Below are positions 13,691-24,960 of a DNA stretch of 34,502 bases, in pieces. Under the pieces are notes generated by a model that saw only the letters and a program-made list of their open reading frames with translations, was not told where the DNA came from and did no database searches. The DNA lies in assembly GCA_051047955.1 (NCBI GenBank), contig JBPGPT010000063.1:1-34502 (forward strand). Reading direction: 5' to 3'. Both the position numbers and the translations under genes were made by a program. Origin of the DNA: Cystobasidiomycetes sp. EMM_F5 (lineage: Eukaryota). The first letter of the stretch is position 1, and every line of letters starts with the position of its first letter.

Positions 13691-14880
13691 TTACACTTGA
13701 ATGTCGCCGAGCTGAAGGCGAATAGCTTCGACTATATCGAGATAGGCGGTAGTAGCTGGACTATCAGGGTATTGATCGATGAAACTTGTTCCAAAGTCGC
13801 AAGATCTCCCAATTCGTGGGTCCAGAGGAACTTTGCCCAGCAATGTAAGGCTCATCTCTTTGCAGAGAGCTGCTGCTCCGCCGGTCGAAGGGATGAATAT
13901 ATCGCTGCGACCGGAACAGTCTGGGCATACGAAGCCCGACATGTTTTCGACTACGCCGAGGATGGGTATGTTGACCTTTCTGCAGAAGTCAATCTCCTTG
14001 CGCACGTCCTGCAAAGCAACCTCCTGAGGAGTAGTAACGACAACGGCACCGTCGATTCCAGACTCCTTGAGGTACTGGACGATGGACAAGTGTTCGTCTG
14101 AAGTGCCCGGAGGAGTGTCGATGATGAGGTAATCGAGATGCTCGCCCCAGTCTACATCTTTCAAGAATTGCTTGATGATGCCATTCTTTTTGGGACCGCG
14201 CCAAATGACAGCGTCTGAAGAAGACGGCAGCAGGAAGCCAATACTCATTACACAAAGGTTGTCCATGACGTAAAGTGGAGACCAGCCAGCGGATGTTGCG
14301 TGTAGTTTGGATTCTTGAAGGCCGAGCATGAGAGGAATGGACGGGCCGCAGATGTCGACATCCATGATTCCCGTCTGTAGTAGTCCACTGTCAGGCTGAT
14401 GTATAACCACACCCGGGTAGATCGCAGGCGCACCTGGAGATCTTCGTCGCTTGCCAGGGCCCAACCGAGAGCGGTAGTAAACGTACTCTTACCGACGCCA
14501 CCCTTACCGCTGAGAACTAGAATTTTCCGCTTGACGGACGACATGCGCGCCCTTACGGCTGGTAGGTCCGGATCCGGTCCCTTGGGAGCAGTCTGGCAGG
14601 CTTCCTGGTTGGGACATCCTTGGCACGCGGCCGCTCTGCCCGACTCGAGTGATTCTGTACCCGGACAGCTTTCCGGGGCGTTCTCTGGCTTGTCCTGCGT
14701 GCGAACGTGATGCGAGGGTTGAGGAATGCCGTGGATTGGGAGAATAGAGCTTGTCAGGAGAGTATTTCAATAACAATAATTTAAAGATGTGTCAGCACTG
14801 ACGGCGGGAAGAAGGGTTGCAGTCTGGCGGAGGGCATGGGGAGGCAGCACATCGTTGACTGCAAGAACTTGGGCGGTCAT
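13691..14880 (-). CDS. NBP35: Cytosolic Fe-S cluster assembly factor NBP35 (P-loop NTPase)
   Basis: Predicted complement(join(13691..14374,14434..14694,14803..14880)). It has the N-terminal Cys motif [10 protein letters not shown]...[11 protein letters not shown], which distinguishes Nbp35 from Cfd1. Also present: deviant Walker [37 protein letters not shown] and C-terminal FVCPDC. The first exon is less certain. Confidence 0.93.
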
Positions 14881-15038
14881 AATTTCCGAGTATAACAAAA
14901 TGGTTGGATTGGAAAGAAAGAAAGCCGCAACATCGTCCAAGGATATCTTGTCTTTCTTCTTTCTACCAATTTGAAGTTGAAATAAAGACAACTCTGCGAT
15001 AGCCTAGCCCGTCGCCAGCGCTGTCCAAGCTGTTGACC

Positions 15039-17408
15039 ATGCCATCCACCGAGTTCAGACTGGTCGAAGCCCCCGATGTCGTCGTCGACGAACTCGCAGA
15101 ATGGCTGGAACCCCCCGACATTCTGGCACTCGCAGCGACCTGCAGGCTGCTCTATGATATGCTCGTAGCGCCAGGAGGAATGTCGGAAGCGCTGTGGAAA
15201 CGCAGAATACGACGAGACTTGCGCTTTCCAGTGTGAATTTCCAGCAAATGGACGTCAAAGTGCTCAAACGCTGAAACGCTGAAACCCGCTCTAGCGAATC
15301 CACAGCGAGGCATTCCGGATGGCTGAATCTCTACTCAAAGATCTCCAGGCCGCACGTCTAGTGCGTTTCCGACCAGACTTGGCCGGACTCGCTACATTAT
15401 GACGTCGCAGACTGATACTGATATTCATGGACTATGAATCCGCAGCTTGTGGGGAGAAGCGACGCAGTCCCGCTTGGCAATGACTCGCACAGATCCGCGC
15501 GCAATGCATCTCGTTCGCACCGGTCTGCCCATCCCATGTCCACTCAGCCTGCCCAAACCTATCATCGATATTGTAGCGGGCGGATGGTAGGCCTTCGCTT
15601 CCTCGATTGGCAACATGAAGACGCTGCTGATCGGCAGATCGCCATTGTGTAGGTCTTTCCACGCGCTAGCTATCGACGGGACCGTACTGCACTGGGGCAC
15701 TCTGAACGGGGACTCCTTCGCTCCCTTCGTGCCAGCAAACTCGCCTGTACACCCTCTGGCACATCCTGGACGTGCAGCACCGACGCCAACTCTCCTTCGA
15801 GCGGAAATTCCCCCCATGCAGCGTATGGTATGCGGCCGAAGTCACGTCGTCGCCTTGGATTCTCAAGGCAATGTTTGGACTTGGGCCAATTGGGCAGAAG
15901 CTGCACAATTGAGTGCCGAATGGCTTGGACTTCATAGCGAAAGCACTGCTCGTTCGATCATCGCAGACATTGCAGCTGGATGGAATCTGTCCGCAGTCTT
16001 AATGACAGCCTCGCCAGGAGGCATAGGTAGAAGTGGTGGTGCAGGCCGCTCGCAAGCTCGACACCGTGAGGATGTGTATATTTGGTTTAGGCAATTCGCG
16101 TCTCCTAGCCTTCTGTCGTACATCGGTCACCCTACGAACGCTACGCCGATAGCGGGTCGAAGGGCTTGCTTCACCTGGCAGCCGCAAGCCCTATGTTTGC
16201 CTCCCATCCCGATCGCCGTGTCTGATGAAGGCATCAAGACTGCATCGCTATCGTCAGAGCAATATCCAACTATTAGCAAGATATCTGCCGGCGATAATTT
16301 TGTTTTAGCTCTGACTAATACGGGCGATGTGTACAAGATCGATGTCACACCGCCAATGCGTCGTCCCGCAGCATTTGACGACCCAGACGCTGGTCCGGAC
16401 GCGGAAGGGCGAGACGACGGCTCTCCCAGTGTGCGACAACTGGCTGACCTAGAAGACCTTTTCCTTACTGGACGTAGAACGTGGCGGCATCTACCAACTT
16501 TTTCGCAGTATAGTTCACGGGAGCAGGAGCTAGGAGAATTACGCGGGACTGGCAGAGACGCGACACCGACTGGCTATAATTCCAGCAAGGAGAAGCAGAG
16601 ACCGGCAGCCATCACTCACATCTCTTCCAATTTCCAGACTTTCTTCTGCATTGGACCAGGAGTGGTCTTGCAGGGCAACAAGGATGCCGATGAAACTACG
16701 CTACCGCTAAAGAAACCAGAGTTGCAGAATGCAGATGTGATACGCGTGGAGTGTGGTGACTATCACTACGGCGCACTTACGTCAACGGGTCGGCTCTTCA
16801 CTTTCGGACAGTTTAGCAATGGCGCCTTGGGTCATGGGCCGAACAATAGCCGTCTCACCAACCCTCTCCTTTCTTCGCCCACTGGTGCCGTCGAAGTCCC
16901 ATCGATGGTGCACTTCCATAACCTTCTTGACGATCCCGAAGGGACTGTAAATGCAGACGACGTTGAGTCGGAGTACTGCTTCAACATTGCATTAGCTGGG
17001 TGGGCTAGTGGAGCTCTGACAGTATCCTTGCATGACAATGTGAGGCAGCCTAGGCAGACCGAGGAGATTATGAGCGAAGGCAAGGTATGTTTTGGTGTCT
17101 GCTCAAGACTGCAAATCTCCCGCTTACATCGTATGCTTGGTAAGGACAGTCATTCTGCATCACTACCTAGGCCCGCGAGCGGTGCCGCGTCCGAAATGCC
17201 ATTCTCCATGGGAAGCGATGATGGCTGGATCCCACCGCTACCTGTGCTCCATCGCCCACTGTTACCAGACGGCACGGAACCCCTGACTAACCCGAGAGGG
17301 CGCGGTTTCCGATTTCCTATTCGCATTGGATACCCTGCACGCGGAATGTTCCGCGGAGGAGCTGGTCAGGGCCGCGGTGCGACGACTCACGATCAAGCTG
17401 AGGATTAG
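15039..17408 (+). CDS. SCF-associated factor 1 (Saf1)-like F-box + RCC1/BLIP-II repeat protein
   Basis: An N-terminal F-box-like segment (LVEAPDVVVDELAEWLEPPDILALAATCRLLY...LWKRRIRRDLRFP) is followed by spliced ESTARHSGWLNLY...YLWGE. RCC1-type repeats follow: DIVAGGW-SFHALAIDGTVLHWG, CGRSHVVALDSQGNVWTW, ISAGDNFVLALTNTGDVY, CGDYHYGALTSTGRLFTFGQFSNGALGHG. Introns fall near 15233-15293, 15361-15445 and 15587-15651, with a probable in-frame one at 17085-17144. Confidence 0.85.
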
Positions 17409-17641
17409 AGCTTTCGAAATGGACATAATCGGTGCAAATTCAGTATTGGCGAAGCGTTATATGTCTTTGAGACATTGCGCTTGTAGATGGTTGGTTGGAC
17501 AAATTGCCTGTAGCATAGCTTGATGATCGAATATTTCGTCGCTCTGAGAGCGATGTGACCTACACGGCTCACTGCTGTTGCGATATCGCCGCTGGCAAAG
17601 GTGACGACTATTATCGCCGCGGTATTTGGGGAGAAGCCCCA

Positions 17642-18370
17642 CTAATCACTACTTCTCGGCTTCTGTAAATCCTCTGCAGCTTGATGGTCAGTATACTGGA
17701 GGTACCTTGTCGTACGCCGACCTACCGGGACCAAAAGAGTGAGGCAGCAGATCCCCCATTGTACTTTCTAGAACAGGCTGTGCGCCTTCAGCCCCTTTGC
17801 TTGAGCTGTATGATGACGGGACCATGTAGATTGGAGTCTGTGTAATGAGAGAGTCGCATCAGAAGGTTTTCAATATGGCCCGATGTTTTCATCTCGTACG
17901 TCCAAAGGTAAGAACTCTTGGAGTATGGAAATAGATTAGGAAACGTGCGACAATCGAAGGCGAAAGTACACACCCCGCATGAATTGCCTACAGACTCCGC
18001 ACGGCGAGCAGGGCCCGTCCAGGTCACTGGCCACCGCGACTGCGCGAATTGTGCGCTGGCCATTTGATATCGCGCTACAGAAAGCTGATCTTTCTGCGCA
18101 TATGCCGGGGGAGTAGGCTGCATTCTCGATATTGCAGCCTTTGACGATATCGCCGGAGCTGGACATGTTTTGCAGATACTGTCAGCCAATGCTCACGGCC
18201 AGCACTCTGCGTACCGGTCAAGAGCTACGCTTCACGCCTACGTACGCCGTCAGGATGGCCGCTCCGACCCTAAAGTTTGAGTAGGGTGAGTAACTTGCGT
18301 TTCTCGCGTCCAAGGCTCCCTGCAGCAGTTTCTCCTTGACGGCATTGGTGATTGCTTTAGATTCCGACAT
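17642..18370 (-). CDS. CDD1: Cytidine deaminase (homotetrameric type)
   Basis: The spliced product reads [67 protein letters not shown]...PCSPCGVCRQFMR-EFLPLD-TPIYMVP...LLPHSFGP-EDLQKPRSSD*. Zn-binding CAE and PCxxC motifs are present. It includes a 17-nt exon at 17900-17916. Confidence 0.92.
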
Positions 18371-18516
18371 GAGTTAGTGTACTATCCGTTTAGTAATTGA
18401 TGGTTAGGTCTGTCAGTGCGTCAGTCGGAATAAAAACAAAGATATCCCTCGCGAAATGGCTTTCAAGTCTTTCTCTTTCGCTCCAAAACAACGCCAAAGG
18501 CCAACACTGCAGACTT

Positions 18517-20002
18517 ATGGCCAGACCAACGGGCAACGAAAGCGGAACGCAACGACGGCCGCCGAGCTCGTCGCAGCCGCTATTCCAGCCAGCTGGGGGG
18601 TCTTCTTCGTCGCCGTCGCGAAGTCGGACAACTGCGACAACGTCAATCAGGATAGCTGGGGCAGCTTCTGGCTTCAACGCGCAGGTGTCGCCCATGTTTG
18701 CGTCGAAAAGACCGGCAGCCGCAGCCAACAATATGGCTTCGACGAGCAGAGTAACCCTCGATACGCCCAGGCGCGATATCCCAAGGCAACAGCCAAGTTC
18801 GGGACAAAGATGTACGGTTGTATTGATGCTCAGCTAATGCGAGATGACAATTTCGACGCGTCCGCTGAACTGGTTCTCCACAAACCTCGTTCAATACAGC
18901 TCAGGTCGCTCGCAAGTCTGCCAGTGGAAAACCCCGCAAGGTTCTGCCCAAGACTCGACGTAAGCTGCTCAGAGTGTGCGTTAGGTTGACCGAGTTGACG
19001 GAGGTGCGATGCCTTGCGCGATATACTGCGATAAATACAGCCGGAGACCCTCTCCCGCCTCCTCCGACTGTACTGCGTCAACAAGCAAATGCCGCTGTAC
19101 CCCGGCGACGGCCTTCTACTCCTGAATCCGTCGAAGACAGCTGCGAAAGTACAGAGGCTTTTCCCCAACGAAGCCGTTACAACAGGACTGCAACCAACAA
19201 TATCGACGAAGAGCGGGAAGAGGTGTCAGACAGCGCGGATGATACCGATACAAGGATACGAGCGCACTTGCGGAAGAGACAGGAGGAAGAGCAGGAGGAG
19301 TACGATAGGCAACAACGCCGACTGCAAAAGCAGCAGCGTCGGCAGCAGCAGCAGCAGCAAGAACCTCCGGCTCAGGAACGTCCGCCCAAGCAGACTTCTA
19401 CAGCAGCGGGCAGAGCTAGAGCGAGGGGAGATCAAGGTGCCGAGGAGAGGCCACAACAACAGCCGGAAGGCAGAGGTCAACCGAGACAAGCTGCACCTCG
19501 CAAGCCGCACAGGTATAAACCGGGTGCAAAAGCACTAAAGGAGATCAGACGGTATCAGAAAACGACAGATCTTCTGCTGCGCAAGCTGCCTTTTGCAAGA
19601 TTGGTGAGCCCTAGTTTCGGCGTCACGCCATCACACAACTTGACGTCGATGTCTGCTGTACTTCAGGTGCGCGAGATTGCCTTGGAACTAGGTCCGCAGC
19701 GTGGAGACGGCCTGGGCCTGCGGTGGCAATCTTCTGCGTTATTGGCGATGCAAGAAGCGAGTGAGGCGTGAGCACACAATCAAAGCGTCGACGCTCATCC
19801 ATCAGCTCATTACTGTTTTTCATAGCTTTCTGGTCCATCTCTTCGAGGATGCCAATCTATGCGCAATACATGCGCGCAGGGTGACTATCATGGACAGAGA
19901 CATGCAGTGAGTTGCCTCCACCAAGCTGTTCTGGTGCTTTTGACCGATTATTCAATAACGGAAAGACTGGCAAGACGCATTCGGGGCAATTGGGGCATGT
20001 AG
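18517..20002 (+). CDS. CSE4: Centromeric histone H3 variant CENP-A/Cse4 (~378 aa, long N-terminal tail)
   Basis: Predicted join(18517..18811,18900..18959,19041..19603,19667..19767,19826..19906,19966..20002). The histone fold reads [102 protein letters not shown]. CenH3 diagnostics are LPFARL (not LPFQRL), a longer loop 1, LRWQS (not LRFQS) and VHLFED. The start (MAR...) and tail exons are less certain than the fold. Confidence 0.9.
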
Positions 20003-20202
20003 ACAGTAATAAATAGGCCAATCGTTGCGCAGTCAATTATAGTAAATTAGGACTGCTTGTCCACTCCTCGTACAAGCGGCTGCTATTGCCGAATCGCACA
20101 AAGGAAGAGTTGCACACAACAACAAACAGAAGGTACTGAATGACCGAGATACACGAAACTGAATCCAAACGCAGACTCTGCCATGGGTCCTGTGGACACG
20201 AA

Positions 20203-21489
20203 TTAGGCCAGGACGCGTTCTCGAGCAGGACCCTCCATTTCGTATTCGACTTCGACTCGCGGACCAGCTCCTCTGCGAGGTTTCTTGCTCGCCGCAGGCA
20301 AGGCTTGCTTTCCTTTGGCCTTGCTGCTTGCTAATTTGCGCTTCTTAGCCCTACGGCTTCCATCGTCATCCGATTGATCGTCCTCATCGCTGCTACTATC
20401 CTCAGCGTTAGCGTTGTCGTCGTTGTCGTTATCCAAATCCTCGAGATCCTCAGCATCGCTCTCGTCAAAATCCTCGATGTACTCGCGGTCTTGCTCGTCG
20501 AATTCTTGCTCCAATTCACCCTCATTTTCAGATTCTAGATCCTCCTCATCCAGGCTGTCGTCGTCTTGTTCGAGTTCGAGAGCCTCCTCGCCCTCGCGCT
20601 CGGCTTCCAGACGTTCTCGTTCCAACACAGCGTTCCAGACATCTTCATTGACGTTGAGGGGCATGTCTCCGTATGCTCTGCTCTTCAGTCTTGCCACAAG
20701 CTCCTTTTCAAGATTCTTCTCCAGCTTGGCAGCAGCCAGAGCTTTCGTCTCGCGTATCGCTTCACGTCTCTCTAGCTTCTTTTTGATGGGGACTAGTTTG
20801 CCTCCTTCCCTCATGCGCAACTTGCGCATCTTTATCAGATACTGTACAATCTTTGTCGTCCGTTGTTTGCACTTGTGTATGAGAAACTTGGGCCAGTACT
20901 GTAGCTCCGTGTCAATCTGCTCCAACGCCTTGCCATAGTCGTTTGACAATTTGACCCTCTCCCACATCTTGGATGGCAAGTGTGCCCGCTCTGGCGTCTT
21001 CATGAAGAGATAGAGCGCGCCTGCGTGTAGTGATGCTTCCTCAGCTGTCGCAAAAGGGTGCATGCAGCATTACGCACCTTCCTGCTCTCGCACGGTAGCG
21101 TACTTGTTGTTTGCGAGTGGGCACGACTGCCTGTTGCACATTCCCGACACATTGTAGACGTTTCTGCAGAAATTCTGGGTGACGGTTCTGGTGAGATTGG
21201 AGGGAAGAGTGATTGAATGGCTCTTCATCGTCAGCCTGCCCTTTTCAACGACGTCCTCGAGCAAGATTCGCCCACTTGATCTTGAATGCGCAAAACGAGC
21301 CTGTCCCGGGCGGGCCAATGGCTTGCCAGACCTTTTCACACGGATACGCGGCAAGTCATTAATGGGCCACGTCGCTCCAAAGTAAGAAATCTCGCGGCAA
21401 ATTACCAGCTCCTCTGCAGAGTTTGCCTGGGTTTTTTACAAGTCAGTCTGGGCAGCCAGCACGGCGGTTTGGACGTCGTTGCTGACCAT
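20203..21489 (-). CDS. MAK16: MAK16 pre-60S ribosome biogenesis factor
   Basis: Predicted complement(join(20203..21020,21078..21187,21276..21331,21406..21426,21487..21489)). It gives [89 protein letters not shown]...HKCKQR...acidic tail...RVEVEYEME. Confidence 0.93.
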
Positions 21490-21938
21490 CCCAGCGTGCC
21501 AAATGCAGAGTTATCGCAGAAATGCAGCACTTTTGTCGGGTTGAAAGAGAGCAAAGCCGCAATCAAACGACGAGGACGGCGGTTGACCTTGGTGCAACTC
21601 GACCGGGAGTGGGATTATTGCAGCCTGGACATATACACTGACATTCAGCTGACCAGCGAGCACGTACGAGTGCCGTCCAACTTCAAGCTCGTCAAAAGGC
21701 CGTCTTTTGAATAAACGTCGAAAAAGAAAGCCGAAAGCTTGGACGGGCAGAAGCTGTTGCAACGCTGGGCAACGCGCAAGCAAGATATACGGCTACGCAG
21801 AAGCAACTCCGAGACTGTGCGATTCTCTCCCGCTTTTCCCCGTTTGAAACAGAGCAATACCTCTTAAAACACGTCGAAACATCAGACGACGCGATATCCA
21901 AGTCGCGCTTGGACGCCAATAGCTTACACGTTCTCAGC

Positions 21939-24900
21939 ATGACGGTCAAGACCGCGTACGCCATCCCGCAGCTGGCGCCCGAAAGTCTGGCAAATATCAA
22001 GGCATTGCTGCGAATTGTCATTCTAGGAGCTATTGCCGGAGCTGCAGTCGCATCGAGGCTATTTGCCGTTGTTCGGTTCGAGAGCATCATTCATGAGGTG
22101 GGTATGCATATTGCTGCAGTGTAAAGCGATGCTGAAAGCCGCTGCCTCTGCAGTTTGATCCGTACGTTTTCAGTTGAAGAAGCGGGCGTCAGCTAACATC
22201 GTCTAATACGCTTTACGACTGAATGTAGATGGTGCGTACTACCTCCAAAGCGGACGGCTGTCCGCCAGCTGGCTGTTCTGACTCTGCCCGAAATCCTGTC
22301 CTCCAGGTTCAATTATCGTGCAACAATGACTCTGACGTCTGGCGGTTTCTACGAATTCTGGAATTGGTAAGTCCTGTTATTTGCCATTACATTGATCTAA
22401 GTCGACGTCCAAATGCAGGTTCGATGAGACTGCTTGGTACCCTCTAGGTCGCGTTGTGGGCGGAACAGTCTATCCAGGTGAAGAATATCGAGGACAATGC
22501 AGATCATAGCTGAAGCTGGTCACATGCACACCATAGGCATCATGGTCACTTCTGGTGTCATCTATAATGTCTTGCATTTCCTCAACATCCCCGTCAACAT
22601 TCGCGATGTCTGCGTCATGTTGGCACCTGCTTTCAGTGGTCTCACTGCATAGTGAGGCTAGTAAAGCGAGATCCTAATGGCTGGACTGACTTCTTTCCTA
22701 CAGTGTCACGTTTCTTTTAGGCAGGGAATTGGGTCGCGACGAGGAAGGGAAAGGAGGCGAAGGAACAGGCTTGTGGGCTGCCCTGTTCATCGGCATTGCA
22801 CCTGGGTACATCTCTCGCTCAGTGGCCGGATCATACGACAACGAAGCGATTGCAATCTTCCTGCTCATGTTCACCTTTTACCTTTGGATAAAGGCACTCA
22901 AGGAGGGGTCTGCCCTCTACGGATCCATTACCGCTGTCTTTTACTTCTACATGGTCGCTGCTTGGGGCGGGTACGCTTTTATCACAAACATGCTGCCAAT
23001 GCATGCCTTCGCCCTCCTTTGTATGGGTCGCTACTCGCAGCGGCTATACGTGTCCTACTCGGCTTTCTATGCAGTAGGCACGTTGGCTTCTATGCAAGTA
23101 CCGTTCGTTGGGTTTCAACCGATGCGCACGTCCGAGCACATGTCGGCGCTCGGAGTATTTGGATTATTGCAGCTCGTGGCATTTGCAGAGCTCGTGCGCG
23201 GCCTGGTACCCAGCGCCCAGTTCAAATTACTTTTGCGAACATCACTTGTCTTATCAGCAGTCATTGGGGCGGGTGCAATTGCCCTGCTGACCAGCAAAGG
23301 CTGGATTGCTCCATGGACTGGACGCTTTTACTCGCTGTTCGACACGGAATACGCGAAGATACACATTCCAATCATTGCATCGGTCTCGGAACATCAGCCT
23401 ACAGCCTGGCCTTCTTTCTTCTTCGATCTCAACCTTTTGATTTGGTTGTTCCCGGCCGGTATCGTTTTGTGCTTTCGAACGCTTCGGGAGGAGCACGTTT
23501 TTATCATCATTTATGCTCTGGTTGGCTCGTACTTCGCTGGTGTTATGGTGCGACTCATGTTGACTCTCACCCCCTGTGTCTGCCTGTCGGCTGCAATGGT
23601 CGTTGGCAAGCTTGTGCAAACGTACTTAGATCCAGTCCTTCCAGGAGCAGCGGCAGATGTCAGATCAGTCGAAGGTACACGGAGCGAAGTTGTACCCAAG
23701 GACGTGCTGGAGGACGATGCTTCAGCTGTGTCTACGAGCGTGCCGGATGCTCCGCTGGCTACAGCCACTCCCACGAAGCGCAAATCAAAACCTCAAGCTC
23801 AGAGTACCGATTCATACTCCGTCCCTCTAGCGAGCAAAGCAAACTCTGCCGAAGCTGCACTACGCGGCTTGGATCTCCGTGCCGCTGTTCTTCTGTTTTT
23901 CGGCGGCCTTTTGGGAATCTTTGTCCTCCACTGTACTTGGGTCACATCCAATGCCTACTCGTCACCATCAGTCGTCTTGTCAAGTAGAGGGGCAGACGGT
24001 AGTAACATCCTTATTGACGATTTCCGGGAAGCGTACTACTGGCTGAGGAGGAATACAGCCGAAGATGCGAAGATTCTATCGTGGTGGGATTACGGCTATC
24101 AGATTGCAGTAGGTCGATCCTCGCGCGATGTGCACTCCCGCTGATATCCTGGCTGTAGGGATTCGCGAACCGGACGACCCTCGTTGATAACAATACCTGG
24201 AACAATACACATATTGCGACTGTTGGGAAAGTCCTGGCCACTCGGGAAGAGGTAGCATACCCCGTTCTCAAAAAGCACGACGTAGATTACATTCTCGTCA
24301 TCTTTGGTGGACTGATCGGATACAGTGGCGACGGTGAGTTCAATGGGCAACTTAATTGAAATCGCAGCTAAACGAAGATACGACCATCTTCTACACTACT
24401 AACATGACGTATTCAGAGTGCGTTGTACTTCTCCTTGTCAAAACGCGTGCTCCACTGACGATTTTTTGTTTTTTTGTGCTGGAAACTGCGATATCTTCTA
24501 ATTTATAACGTTCTGGGCACGCAACTGACTCGTAAACGGTCGTTTCAGCCTAAACAAGCTGTTGTGGCCGATAAGGATTGCGCAAGGCGTCTTCCCTGAC
24601 GAAGTTGATGAAAAAAACTATTTCACGCCCCGAGGAGAATATCGAATGGATGCGGAGGCTACGACAACAATGCGAGAGTCGTTGATGTACAAGATGAGCT
24701 ACTATCGCTTCACTGAGCTGTTTGGAGGGCAGCCAGCAACGGACCGCGTTAGGAATCATCAAATTCCGTCCCCTGGTCCCGTTCTGGACGCGTTCGATGA
24801 AGCTTTCACTTCGGAGAACTGGATTGTCAGAATCTACAAGGTGAAGAAGGAGGACACGCTAGGTCGTGATCATAAATCTGCAAATGGTTTCGACTCCGGC

Positions 24901-24960
24901 AGGCGGAAGAAGAAGGTCAAGGCTGCTGGCTCTGCGGGGCGGAGACGAAGCAGTGTGTAG
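21939..24960 (+). CDS. STT3: Oligosaccharyltransferase catalytic subunit STT3
   Basis: Predicted join(21939..22097,22154..22161,22229..22231,22307..22366,22419..22477,22537..22651,22704..24108,24159..24333,24417,24549..24960). Motifs: [103 protein letters not shown]. Confidence 0.96.
24397..24403 (+). promoter_or_regulatory. Consensus branch point TACTAAC upstream of the predicted 1-nt STT3 exon
   Basis: A perfect TACTAAC ends 13 nt before the acceptor G (24416) in TTCAG|A|GTGCGT. Confidence 0.8.

Noticed and set aside
14695..14802. Intronic snoRNA or hidden micro-exon in the 108-nt NBP35 intron
   Set aside because: No convincing C/D or H/ACA boxes and no internal AG-N-GT pattern were seen, and the frame is already continuous.
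18974..20002. Canonical histone H3
   Set aside because: It lacks the N-terminal ARTKQTARKS and shows CenH3-type substitutions with an extended loop 1.
20414..20938. Ser-rich plus-strand ORF (174 aa)
   Set aside because: It is an antisense shadow of the acidic MAK16 tail.
22677..23987. 436-aa alternative-frame ORF overlapping STT3
   Set aside because: It begins inside a predicted intron, has no recognisable domain and lies over a conserved gene. It is most likely an off-frame shadow, although its length was noted.
24333..24552. STT3 as a frameshifted pseudogene (direct splicing gives GCC TAA)
   Set aside because: The rest of the gene is intact, and a well-supported 1-nt exon restores the conserved DDLNK.
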